DNA of 64,000 nt from Octopus sinensis (Eukaryota): assembly GCF_006345805.1 (NCBI RefSeq), contig NC_043005.1, positions 89,404,001-89,468,000 on the forward strand, read 5' to 3'. The notes below the pieces were generated by a model that saw only the letters and a program-made list of their open reading frames with translations, was not told where the DNA came from and did not search any database. Positions 11,820 through 24,638 of this stretch are shown here, in pieces. Position 1 is the stretch's first letter, and each line of letters starts with the position of its first letter. The translations under genes were made by a program, and so were the position numbers.

Positions 11820-12112
11820 GAACCTCTCCAGGTTGAATCAATCCTTCTTTACATTGGAAAGTAACAACTCCAGGACTGCAGACATGCAATTAGAATGTCT
11901 CGGGAAAGGATTGCAAAACAGATTCTTTAAACCGACTCAACCAGTGGAGACCTAAAGTTAGACCAAGAATGAAATGGTTGGATGATGTCCCTCAGTCGGT
12001 CACACTTGGAAATCTAGCAGGAAAATCAAATGACACTTGCTTCTGACAGAACGTTATTGAGGCAGTGCCTGAAGACTTCTAACCCATGGAAATGGATGGA
12101 TAGATGGATGGC
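11820..12112 (+). pseudogene. Second RTE-LINE 3' fragment with (GATG)n tail
   Basis: Frameshifted RMSRERIAKQIL...RPKVRPRMKWLDDV, ending in ATGGATGGATAGATGG. Confidence 0.55.
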
Positions 12113-12414
12113 ATCAGTGGTTCTCAACCATTTTTTGCCTGTGGACCCTCTTTGATTCCTATCTCAATGGATGCAATGGATGCTAAACTTAACAGTCAAA
12201 TCTCTCTCACATCACCCAATTAACATCTTTTAAAGAAATAAGACACATTGGGTAATGTACTCCCAATTATACTTGTCATAGAAATATAGAGGATGGTCAA
12301 AGTAGGCACATCTTTCATTACAGAGCTTTTTGTTTAGAACTGGCCCAGATTAAACAACACATATCCACTGCTCTCTCTCTCTCCCCCTTTCTCTCACCAC
12401 ATGTTCTGTATACA

Positions 12415-12630
12415 GGTGTGTGGCTTGGTGGTTAGGATGTTGCACTTGTGATTGCTAGATCAGGAGTTCGATTCCCGGAGGTGCACTGTGTTCTGGAGCA
12501 AAACACTTCATTTCATGCGGTTCCACTTCATTCAACCAGTTGGCATGGAATCATTCAAAAGCTAAAATAGTGCAAGGTGCTTTGTGACCAGCAATGTATA
12601 ACAACATCTGATAGCCTAATCGATCAAGTG
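12415..12630 (+). mobile_element. tRNA-derived SINE (third family), decayed
   Basis: GGCTTGGTGGTTAGG A-box and GAGTTCGATTCCC B-box; homologous to 43470-43715. Confidence 0.6.
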
Positions 12631-12700
12631 ATATATATATATATATGTCCAACCCATACCAGTATGGAAAGCAGACATTAAACAATGATGATGATGATGA

Positions 12701-12736
<36 letters not shown>

Positions 12737-12738
<2 letters not shown>

Positions 12739-14200
12739 CAGTCAACTATCATCCAATTTCACTCACCTTCCACATCATTAAAGTGTTTGAAAGGGTGGTG
12801 ACATCAAGAAAAGCTGACTTCCAGGAGATCCACAAATTCCTAAATTCAAACCAGCATGGCTTTCGCTGTGGCAGGGACTGTCTAATACAGCTCTTACACC
12901 ACATCAATGATATCCTTAAAGCCTTAGGATCAGGTTTGAACTTTGATGTCATATATCTTGACTTTAGTAAAGCGTTCAACAGAGTCGACCTCAATATCCT
13001 ACCGTCAAAATTGTCAAATGTTGGAATCTGTGGAAAACTTCTACACTGGATTGTGTATTTCCTGGAGAACAGAATGCAACATGTGATCGGTAGAATCCAC
13101 TCAAGCCCAGCAAAAGTCACCAGTGGTGTCCCTCAGGGGGCTGTCTTGGACCTGCTTCTCTTTATAGTCTATATAAATGACCTTTCTAGCATCATAAAAT
13201 GCAACAAAGTGAAAATACTTACTGATGACTCTAAGCTCCAGAAAATTATCAATGAAGAAGATAAAACTCAACTCCAGTCTGATCTATATGCTGTGAGTCA
13301 ATGGGCAGACAAAAACAAAATGCAACTGAACGAGGGAAAATTTGAGCTGATGCATTTTGGAAGAAAGTCTATAATAAAACAGCCATACTCTCTTCCTTCA
13401 GAGAAACCTCTCAGCATTTAATAATATCAGATACCTAAGAATAATTCTTGACAACAATTTCAGCTGGAGTGTCCACATCAACAATAAGGTTGATATAGCT
13501 CATAGGATGAGCTCCTGGAGCTTAAGAACCTTCTGGTCCAGAGAACAAGGTGTCATCATTCCTCTTTTCTCCTCCTTTGTACGGCCACACCTCAAATACA
13601 GCTGCCCCCTGTGGTCTCCCCATACAAAACAAAACATTTGGAAAATTGAATCTCCCCCATAGGTCATTCACTAAAAGAATTAAGGGCATGGCTGATCTCA
13701 ATTACTGGGACAGGCTTAAAGCATTGCAACTCTATCCTCTCCAGTGCCACCATGAGTGATACATCATTCGCATGATATAGAGAATATAGCACCAGCATTG
13801 CCCAAATGACCTCAATATTAGCTTCAAAATTTATCCAAGGCTGGGACCATGGGCCATACGTCCCCTACCCATTTCAGGATCACAACATGTAAATACACTG
13901 CAGCACAATTTCTTTTCCTCAACAGACCCTGCACTACTTAACATTGTCCCAAAAGAAATCAAAGAGGAAAAAGATCCCATCACCTTTAAATGGAATCTGG
14001 ACAAATTTCTTCAAGGAATACCAGATAGGCCACCCATAATTGGATACAGCTCACTCAACAACTCCCTACTGGAATGGGCCATGATACCACAAAACTTGAC
14101 TTAAAAAGGATTTAGATAATCCTATCAGGTGTTACTATTAAGTTAGATATGGTCTGGATCAATCATTGGTCGAAACATATCTAACTTAGATAAGTTATAT
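12737..14200 (+). pseudogene. 5'-truncated CR1/L2-group LINE reverse transcriptase with 3' UTR
   Basis: NYHPISLT, QHGFRCGRDCL, VIYLDFSKAFNRV, SGVPQGAVL, YINDL, TDDSKL; stops and frameshifts after 13421; ends in a stem-loop and (TA)n. Confidence 0.9.
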
Positions 14201-14473
14201 ATATATATACACACACACATATATATATACATGCGTGCATGAGTCGTCTAAGGGACCATAAGTCAGGGAGATGATGCACCTGTATATTTGTCAGCAGAAT
14301 GAGTAGATTATCCAAAATTTATTGCATTAGCTATCCAGATAAGCCACGATGGATATTTAATACTATAAATTTTGAATAATATGTATATATACAATTGCAG
14401 CGTGGAAGGTGTTTGTAAGCCATTTAAGAAACACACAAAAGCCGTTCGATTCACTTCAACATTTAAGTTTAAC

Positions 14474-14522
14474 TTGCCAAAATATTTTCGTTGCTTTAAG
14501 ATCGCGACCTGTTCACTGACAA
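14474..14522 (-). ncRNA. Variant minimal type I hammerhead-like fold (G3/C8 swap)
   Basis: Minus strand UUGUCA-GUGAACA-G-GUCGC(GAUCUUAAA)GCAAC-GAAA-AUAUU-U/UGGCAA: 6-bp stem I, stem II with one mismatch, palindromic stem III. Confidence 0.4.
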
Positions 14523-14973
14523 AAATCTGTGATGCAACACGGATTTTTGTCAGTGAACAGGTGTGTGTGAGTGTGTGTGTGTGTTTTTTTTTAAATACAC
14601 TTTTCTAAAGCCTAAACAATACAAGTTATAAAAAATTAATACAACAGGTCAATGGTTAGTACTATTACTTGCTATTTCAAAACTAACCATTGACCTGTGT
14701 TAACACCACACACACACACACATATATATATGTGTGTATATCAGACAATGATGCATGAAAACTATGTATGTATATGAATATATATATATTTATATAAACG
14801 TATTTATGCATATATATATACATATATATGTATATGTGTGTGTGCATATATATATATATGCATGTATATGTATTTGTATGTATACATACAAAATATATAT
14901 CAGGAAGTATTTATGTATATATGTAGGTATATAAAGATGCAAGCATACATATGTGTGTGTGTGTGGGTAGGTG

Positions 14974-15011
<38 letters not shown>

Positions 15012-15014
<3 letters not shown>

Positions 15015-15265
15015 TCATCATTGCTTAACGTCCATTTTCCATGCTAGCATGGGTTGAACAGTTCAACTGGAGTCTGGAGAGCCAGCAGCTGCACCAGGCT
15101 CCAATCTGATCTGGTAATGTTTCTACAGCTGGATGCCCTTCTTAATGCCAACCACTCCGAGAGTGTAGTCGGTGTTTTTTTTTATGTCCCACTGGCACAG
15201 GGGCCAGAGGGGGCTGGCATCGGCCATGATTGGATGGTGTTTTTTATGTGCCACCGGCACGGGTA
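15012..15265 (-). mobile_element. RTE 3' tail copy
   Basis: (CAT)n-GCTTAACGTCCATTTTCCATGCTAGCATGGG...GGATGCCCTTCTTAATGCCAACCACTCCGAGAGTGTAG. Confidence 0.8.
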
Positions 15266-15269
15266 TCAT

Positions 15270-15310
<41 letters not shown>

Positions 15311-16129
15311 CATACATACATACACACACACACACATATTTGTGTGTATGTGTGTGTATATAGATGTATATGCATGTATATATACATGTGTATATGTGTG
15401 TGTGTGGTCACCCAATATAAAAGACAAGTAGCAAGGGTAAGGCCAGTTCCTTCCACAAGAAAGTAGGCCAATGAAAAAGGAAGTAAACAAAATGATAAAT
15501 ATAAAAAAAAAACAAAAGAAAACCCAGATGGGATGGTCATGAATGAATCTGCTTTGATCTTAAATTATACTTGTTCAGGGCTGACAACAATATAAATAGA
15601 AGAAATATGTAAATAGTTAGAGGAAGGTATATCTGAAGAAAGAAGTGGTCTTCTGCAATACTGGAATATATATAAACTTGAGCTGTTACCAAAATAAACG
15701 AGGCACATGTTTAGCGGCAGACATCATATCAAGATGGGAATCGCGTGGAGCTTGATGTTGCTTGATCATTTGTTAATAGTTTGGAAGATATTTAATACCA
15801 ACAGAGAACGAGGTGAGGAAAGTGTGCATATGGGTGAGTGTATATACTACTACATGTACAGACATATATCTACATACATATACACACACAAACATATACA
15901 CACATATACACACAGCTACATCATATCATTTTAACATCTGTTACTCTACACTAACGTAGAACATGTCAGTATATTGAATGATGGTTGTTATTTATCACAT
16001 AAACACACACACGTGTGTACATATACATGCACCCGTATACATGTAGACACATACACATATATGAAACAAATCAAGCATGCTCCTTCTACTGGATGTGTAA
16101 AGGCAGTGTACATGAACGCCAGAGTACAA

Positions 16130-16420
16130 ATGAGCCGAGAGAAAAACCGGGTAGAAAAGAAATCAGGTGGATTTTGCAAAGCAAGAAGGTTGAGATACTT
16201 TGGGTAGGTGTATGGAGGCTGATTGCTGTGTAAGGAAGTGCTGAAACCTTGAGATTAGAGGAACCTGTGGAAAAGAAAGACCAAAGAAAACTTGGAATGA
16301 AGTTGTGAAGAATAGCTTGAAAATGCCGGGTCTTCTGAAGAAGATGAGAAAAAATCATATTGATTGACAAATATGCGGTGCCACAGATGTGACTATCCAC
16401 AAGACCAGTAAATTTGAGAG
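16130..16420 (+). pseudogene. Decayed RTE ORF2 3' end
   Basis: RRLRYFG...RGTCGKERPKKTWNEVVK, homologous to the peptide at 49175-49396. Confidence 0.6.
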
Positions 16421-16559
16421 GAGGGGCAAGCCTTTTCAATGATTTTAGAAAGATAGATTATGCAACACAAATCATTGTTGATAAGGCCATGTTCACTAGC
16501 AAACATCTTAAGGTTGGTGTCATGGAGGGTGTAAGTAAATCTGTTTTGTTTTTTTTTTC

Positions 16560-17486
16560 TTACTCCCAAAATCATTGTCCTAATGAAACACCACTCCTTT
16601 TTAATTCACTAAAGCGGGTCTTTTTTTCTTCAAAGCTTGGTTCAAACACTAATTGCTGACAGTAGACTTGAGCATTGATTGTTGCATTAAGTGGTAACAA
16701 TTCAAAGTGAATTACTCCTTTGCAATCCCACCAGATAGAGAGAAAAACCTTTTTCCCATGAAGTTCCCTTCTTGGTTGTGGTTGAGCTTTTTCCCTTTTA
16801 CCAAGCCACTGTTTACGATGTTTAACATTTCGATAGAAGATTCATTTTCCGTCACCAGTCACAAGTCTATCCAAAATGGGTGAAATGAGTTCACGAGAAT
16901 GGAGAGAAGAGTAGATGTCAACTCGGGATTTGTAGTTGCTTTCGGACAATTCATGAGGCACCCATTTTCCAAGTTTAGGAACCTTTTCAAGTTATTGAAG
17001 ATGATGATGAACAGTTGTATGGTTTGAACTAAACTTAATTGCCAATTCTTCAACTGATAATGCAGGATTTTCTTCAAGTAATGCCTCGAGGAGCTTATCA
17101 TCAAACTCAACTGGATGTCCTGTTCGATCTTCATCTTCAAGGCTGAAATCTCCACTTCTGAATTTTGCAAACCATCTTCTGCAAGTTCTTTCATTCAAGC
17201 ATTCTTTCCCATAAACTGAGTGTATGTTTCGAGTTGCTTCGGCTACAGAGTTTCCTTTTTTGTACTCATAAAACTTTAAATGCTCTTTGGATACTTCCAT
17301 GTTAGAAAGGGTTTTAATCAAAGAAATTTTAATTCTGTTATTCTGTAAAATAATATTTAATTAGTTTAAATGTATACAAATGCATAAAAATAATTTTTTA
17401 AATTCCATTAGAGATTCTAAAATACTATTAAATTTCATTCAATATTAAAAAAGGTAAAATCGGACAGAACTTATGGGATGACCTGA
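16560..17486 (-). mobile_element. Mariner transposon, 3'-truncated, transposase pseudogene
   Basis: TIR TCAGGTCATCCCATAAG with TA at 17487; WFAKFRSGDFSLEDEDRTG, KWVPHEL, VTGDGKW, SIWWDCKGVIHFELL motifs across frameshifts. Confidence 0.9.
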
Positions 17487-18429
17487 TACACGTTTGTTAA
17501 GTTTAGGTCTGTTACCTGTGCTAGGGTTATCAGTTATTGAGATATAGTTTTACAGGCAGGTACATGAGAATTCAATTTTATCAGTTAATCTTAAATCCCT
17601 GAAATAATCTCTATTTTGCTCTGTTAGTCATTAATGAATGCTGAAAGACTTGTGTTCTTTCCCCAACTAAAAGGAAAATTATACTTCATTAAGAATTTCT
17701 TTTGTATATGTCATTCAGTGCATCCATACATTTTTGGTTTAGTTCATTCAATACATCCATACATACTAGATTTATTTCAGTCAACACCATTGGTCTATTT
17801 GAATCTTTTCAGTTCAATTCCTGTGTTTACATACATACATACATATATATATATATATGTACATATATGCTTATGTGTATGTATATATATATGTGTGTGT
17901 CTGCGTGTTTGTACATATACATGCATATATGTGTATGTAAACATATATTTGTGTGCATGTGTGTGTGTGTAGGGAGAGAGAAAGGGAGAAAGTATTGTTG
18001 ACTGATCTAATATTAAAAGATAATCAGAAAACATGAGAAACAAAGCAACGCCTTCGTGACGGCGGCGTCCGATGACTACACAATGTTTAATGCCTTCCAC
18101 TTGGAATACAAAGCTTCTTATTTTTGTTAAGTCAGAACTAAGAAACTGCCAAATGGCCGCGGGGTGGGTGAGGTGAGGTGGCACTTGGAGAAACCAGGCT
18201 ATTTTTGAGCTCATTGTCTGCATTTGTTTCAACTGCAATGATTGGGGTTTTGAAAATAAAGAACTTAAGGCATATTTTCGTATTGATATTTTTAAAAACC
18301 TTTTTTATATTTCATTTATCAATTATATATATATACTGATAGTGCAAGAGACAGGGCTGCATCGCCATAACCACCAACAAACCACACACACACACACACA
18401 CACACACATCACTGCTATTGTCATCTTAC

Positions 18430-18660
18430 AAGATTGTGAGCTGGCAGAATTGTTAGCATGCTGGGCAAAATGCTTGGCGGCATTTCATCCATCTTTAGGT
18501 TCTGAGTTCAAATTCCTCTGACATTGACTTTGCCTTTCATTCTTTTGATTATATCGACCCCTGTACATGACCTTTTGCGGTCATGTACAGGGGTCGATGT
18601 AATCGACTTGCTTGCCTCCCCTGAAGTTGCTGGCCTTGTGCCGTAATTGGAAACCCTTAT
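18430..18660 (+). mobile_element. SINE family A copy
   Basis: GTGAGCTGGCAGAATTGTTAGC head, GTTCAAATTCC, central block. Confidence 0.75.
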
Positions 18661-19639
18661 TGTCATCGTTTTACATCCATTATTTTCAGTACTGCTTCTT
18701 GGCCCTTATTGTGGACTCTTGAACCTCAGAAAGCAGAGAACAAATCCCCATTTACCATTTCTTTCCATGTGTTCCTTGTTTTTTACTTTCTCTCCTTCAG
18801 GTTCATTCCATTCAGATTGCTTGGCATTTCTTCATTCAGTTACCATTCCTCAAATACATCACAGCTCTGTGCCATTGCAGTCTGCTTTCTTGCACACTGT
18901 GACCGATTCCCTCTTATACACCCTGCTTCTCTCGGTTTATCTGTACTCATCATCACCATTTCACATTCATTTTTCCATGCTAGCATAAATTGGATGGTTT
19001 GAAGGGAACTGGTCAACCAAAGGAGCTGCACCAAGCTCCAGTTGTCTGTTCTAGCATAGTTTCTACAGCTGGATGCCTTTCCTAATGCCAACCACTTCAC
19101 AGAGTGTACTGGATGCTTTTTGTGTGGCACCAGCACTGACAGGGTCACCATGTACCTTGAAAGACAAAAGGTTTTATCTCTAATGAAAGGAATAGCATCA
19201 TCTTCTTGAACTGCTCCAAGGACAAACAAGATATTCTAGAAAGGAATAACTGCAGACATATTAAATCGACAGAGCAAGTCGTGAAAGTGGAAGAATGTCA
19301 CGTGCATATTATCATTCTTGTTTTAATGTCCACTTTTCCCTGCTTGAATAGATCAGAGTTTATTGAGACTGATTTGCTGTGGCTGGATGCCTTTCCTGTT
19401 GCCAACTCTCTTCTGTTTCCAAGTATGCTAATTTCTCCCATTGCCAGAAATGGTTTTGCAGAATTTAGGAAATGAATGTCACTGCTAGTATAACAGCAAC
19501 ATGCATTTACAATTTTGTCAAGACAAAAACATGCAAACACACACACACACACGTACAATTTTTATTCGGAGAACAAACTGGCAATATTAGTGAAATAAAT
19601 TCTTTGACACTCCTCTCGTTAGTCTTAATGGTAATTAAC

Positions 19640-20012
19640 CTATCTCTTATCTTTTACTTGTTACAATGATTAGACTGTGGCCATGCTGGGGCAGAGCCTT
19701 GAATATTTTCTTAGTTGCATGAATCGAGTGACTTCAGTGTTTGTTCTGTAAGCCTGGTACTTAATCTATCAGTCTCTTTTGCTGAACTGCTAAGTTATAT
19801 GGAAATAAACACACCAACACTGGTTGTCAAGTGGTGGAGGGGACAAACACAGACACAAACACACACACACAAAGTTTCTATTTACCGAATCCATTCACAA
19901 GGTTTTTGTCAGTCCAAGGCTACAGTAGAAGACACTTGCCCAAGGTGCCATGCATTGGGACTGAACCGAGAGCCATGTGGTTGGTAAGCAAGCTACTTAC
20001 CACACAGCCACT
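19640..20012 (-). mobile_element. CORE-type SINE, near full length
   Basis: Same family as 5205-5565, reverse orientation. Confidence 0.8.
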
Positions 20013-22009
20013 CAAATATAAAACATATGGGAGTAAAAAGAAAAACGTTAATTAAAACAGGAGATTATGGAGTAAACCTAGGTTTTATGGAGTAGAACTA
20101 AACATTGTTAGAAATGCTCTTTGATACTCCTCTGTTCCTGGCAAATTACTCTTGCAGAATAGATAGATTGTGTGTGATAAGCAGAGCAGCAGTTTTATCA
20201 GATGATGTCATCATTCCAGAATACCTACATAATGTATATTAGATGACAAAGATTATCTCCACTGCCCACAGCTGTCAAGCATATTAATAGATAACTATAT
20301 CTGTGGATGTTTATGTATGTATGTGTATGAATATACATATGGATACATATATGTATGTGTGTGTGTATTATAAATATATATATACACACACACACACACA
20401 CAATATTTACATACATATGTGTGTGTGTATATATATATATGTAGTTACAGATGTCTACATATATATGTGCCTGTGTGTGGTTCATTCAAGACTGAAGCTG
20501 GTTTACAATAACAATGAAGAGTGGGAGGAGGAGGAAGAGGAGGAGGAGGAGGAGGTGGAGGAGGAAGAGGAGGAGGAGGAGGAGAAATTGTAACATCTTT
20601 TGACTTTTCTTGAAGGCCATTGGATTGTTCTAAAAGACTTAAAAATGGTTTCCACTGAAGAACTGAAATGGGTGGGGCAGGATTGATGACACAATTTCAC
20701 AGCAACTTAACACCACCACCATCACAACCACTACTACTACTACTACTACTCGAAAGCAACAATACCAACGATCTCAAATTTTGGCACAGCGCCAGCAGTT
20801 TTGAAGGGAAGAGGAAGCTGACTACACTGACCACCAGTACATGACTGGTACTCATTTTATTGACCCTCAAAGAAAGAAAAGCAAAGTCAACCATTGCAGA
20901 ATTTTTTATTCAGAATGTAATGAGCTGCAAGAAATCTGTTAAGCACTTTGTCTGATATGCTAACCTTCCCGCCATCTTACCACTGCCATAATCATCATCA
21001 TCGTCATCATCATCAACATTATCAACAGCAGCTGCACCCCAACTTCCTACGCAACCGCTGAGCCGGGATGCATATTCATCCATCCGTCGATGCTCTCGGT
21101 GTCAGGGGTTGACCTGCTTTCTCTTCTGCTGGTCTTACGAATAGCAAAGGACCACGTTTCAGACTTCTCCCAAATGCTCAACAAACAAACAAACAAAGCA
21201 GCAGCAGCATCCTCATCAGCATCCTCATCATCATTCAATGTCTGTTTACCAAGCTGACATTGCTTGGAATGGTTTGACAGAAGCCGGAAAGGCTGGGAGC
21301 CATACCAGGCCCTTTTTCTGTTTTGGCAGGGTTTCTAAAGCTGGATGCTTTTCCTAATGACAATCACCTAAGAGACTGGACTGGCTGCTTCTTATGAAGC
21401 ACCATCACTGATGCTTTTTTATGTAGAACCAGCTCCAGTGTTTTTCACATGGCACCAGCACCCACAAGGGCCACCAAATACCTTGCAACACAACAAAAAA
21501 AGGTAAAAGAAAAAAAAAAGACAAAGCCTTTCCCCCAACTGGGAATGGGGGAATGGATTAAAAGTATAAAGGGACAGAGACAGATGCCTTGTTGCTGTTA
21601 TGCAGATTACTCATGGAAAGGAAAGCAGAATGAGTTGAATTGAATTTTGACAGAAGACCAGCACTTTTAGAGAGGAAACAAGTTGATTAGATTGACCCCT
21701 ACTCCAGTATCTGAGTGGTAATTTATTTTATTGACCCCAAAAGGATGAAAGGTGAAGTTGACTTCAGCAGGATTTGAACTCAGAATGTAAACAGTGGGAA
21801 GAAATGCCATGAAGCATTTGGTCTGGCATGCCATCAGTTCTTGCCAGGGTGTCCGTCACCTTAATAATAATGATGATGATAATAATGATAATCATGATGA
21901 TGATAATAATAATAATAATGATAATAATAATGATGATAATGATAATAATAATGATGATAATAATAATAATAATGATGATGATAATAATAATTGTCATCGT
22001 TGTCATTTA

Positions 22010-22520
22010 ACATCTGCTTTCCATGCTGGCATGGGTTGGATGGTTTGACTGAGGACTGGCGACCCAGAAGGCTGCACCAGGCTCCAATCTGATCTGGCAA
22101 TGTTTCTACAGCTGGATGCCCTCCCTAATGCCAACCACTCCGAGAGTGTAGTGGGTGCTTTTGCATGCCACTGGCATGAGGGCCAGTCAGGTGGTACTGG
22201 CAACGGCCACGCTCAAATGGTGTTTTTTATGTACCTATTTCTTTATTACCCACAAGGGGCTAAACACAGAGGGGACAAACAAGGACAGACATAGGTATTA
22301 AGTCGATTACATCGACCCCAGTGCGTAACTGGTACTTAATTTATCGACCCCGAAAGGATGAAAGGCAAAGTTGACCTCGACGGAATTTGAACTCAGAACG
22401 TAACGACAGCGAAATACGGCTACGCATTTCGCCCGGCGTGCTAACGATTCTGCCAGCTCGCCGTGTTTTTTATGTACCACCTACACAGGAGCCAGTCCAG
22501 TGGCACTGGCAACGACCACA
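22010..22520 (-). mobile_element. RTE 3' tail copy split by a SINE insertion
   Basis: Tail sequence stops at 22235 and resumes at 22464 with duplicated GTGTTTTTTATGTACC. Confidence 0.8.
22236..22463 (-). mobile_element. Young SINE family A copy with 15-16-bp target-site duplication
   Basis: CpG-intact CGGCGAGCTGGCAGAATCGTTAGC...GTTCAAATTCC...CTTTCGGGGTCGATAAATTAAGTACC; TSD at 22220-22235 and 22463-22478. Confidence 0.9.
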
Positions 22521-22544
22521 CTCAATAATAATAATAATAATAAC

Positions 22545-22970
22545 CCTTTCTGCTACAGGCACAAGGCCTGAAATTTTGGGAGCAGGGACTTGTTGATCAC
22601 ATCAACCCCAGTACTCGACTGGTACTTAATGTATCGACCCCAAAAGGATGAAAAGCAAAGTTGAGCTTGGCAGAATTTGAACTCAGAATGTAGCAATGGG
22701 TGAAATACCATTAAGCATTTTGTCTGGTGTTCTAACGACTCTGCCAGCTAGCTGCCTTAATAATAATGATGATGATAATAATAATAATAATAATAATTCT
22801 TTCTAATTTTGGCACAAGGCCGGCAATTTTAGGGGAAGGAAGTAGTTGATGACATGGACTCCAGTGTTTAACTGGTATTTATTTTATCAACCTCTGAAAG
22901 GATGAAAGGCAAAGTTGACTTCAACGGAATTTGAACTCAGAATGTAAAGAGTCAGAAGAAATGGTGAACA
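22545..22970 (-). mobile_element. Two head-to-tail SINE family A copies separated by (AAT)n
   Basis: Two central blocks (22620-22670 and 22870-22925) with AAT runs at 22524 and 22760. Confidence 0.8.
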
Positions 22971-23271
22971 GAATTTTCACAAGACACAAATCCACTGCCA
23001 TGAAGGTGATGGGAAGGAGTAGGAGTAGGGGTAGGAGGAGGAGTAAGAGGAGATGGCTAAGAGAGTGACAACTCATTGGACTGTCAAACTGTCTGACCCA
23101 TGCTAGCCTGGAAGCTAGAGAGATGATGATGGTGGTGGTGATATACAATGGGCTTCTTTCAGTTTCCATCTACCAAGTCTGCTCACAAGGCTTTGATCAG
23201 TTCAGAGCTAGAGTAGAAGACACTTGCCCAAGGTGTCATGCAGTAGAACTGAACCTGGAACCATGTATGTA

Positions 23272-23408
<137 letters not shown>

Positions 23409-24226
23409 TTATGTATGTATATATATATGTGTGTGTGTGTGTATATATATATATAGATAGACAGATAGATAGATAGACACACACAAATATGCATACACAT
23501 TACAAGCATACACGCATATTTATATACACACACATGTACATGTTCGTGTGTGTGTGTATATGTGTATGTTCCTGCCTTCCTTAACCCCATCTGAGGAAAG
23601 GTCACACATCATATTTTTTGTTTTTTGGTTTTGGTAAAGAGGAACCAACAACTCTTTTGTGAGAGTCATTAAATATGAGAGTGGGATTGCTGGCATATAA
23701 AGAGGAGGACAATCTATAGAAACGGTGACCCACAGGAATTCCAGCTTTATGGAGTTTAGAAACTGAAGGCACAACAGGAAAATGTATTCACTTTCATTAA
23801 ATATATTTAGTTGTTGAAAGACATGTAGAACAAGCTGGGATGGGGAGGGGGGCTGTAGGGTTTGGAAAAAGGCAATGGATCCCCTTTCCTTCCTCAAATT
23901 AAATGATTAAATTAGGGGAAAAAAAACATATAAAAGTGAACTGGCTTGATACTGCCGGAAGTCAGTACCAGGTCATGGACAAAGCGAAGAGGGAACCATG
24001 TACAAAGCTGCTAGAAATAACTGCCAAATCACATCCAAATCACATGCGGTCAGCATCATCATCATTATGATTTAACATCCATTTTCCATATTGGCATCGG
24101 TCTGGATGGTTTGACAGGAACTGGCAAGCCAGAGGGCTGCACCAGGCCCCAGTAGTCTGTTTTGACATAGTGCCGATGGCTGGATGCCCTTCCTAATGCC
24201 AACCACTCCAAGAGTGTAATGGATGC

Positions 24227-24261
<35 letters not shown>

Positions 24262-24638
24262 GTTAACACCAACATCAAAATGAAAATCAAATGGAAATTG
24301 TAGTTAAGATATCCGTGCTGGTGACATGTAAAAAGCACCGTCCGAACGTGGCAGATGCCAGTGCTGCATGACTGGCGTCCATGTCGGTGACACATAAAAG
24401 CACCAACCAATTGTAGCCGTTTGCCAGCCTCCTCTGGCCCCTTTGCCAGTGGCATGTAAAAGACACCCACTACACTCACGGAGTGGTTGACGTTAGGAAG
24501 GGCATCCAGCTGTAGAAATACTACCAGATCAGACTGGAGCCTGGTGCAGCCTCCCGGCTTCCCAGACCCTGGTCAAACCGTCCAACCCATGCTAGCACGG
24601 AAAACAGACATTAAAGGATGATGATGATGATATACACA

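Noticed and set aside
14152-14180. CTGGATC...GGTCGAAAC inside the LINE terminal loop
   Set aside because: Lacks the ANGA part of the core; better explained as the LINE 3' stem-loop.
15633-15660. CTGAAGA-A-AGAAG(TGGT)CTTCT-GCAA, hammerhead-like
   Set aside because: GCAA instead of GAAA, and stems I and III cannot be closed in register.
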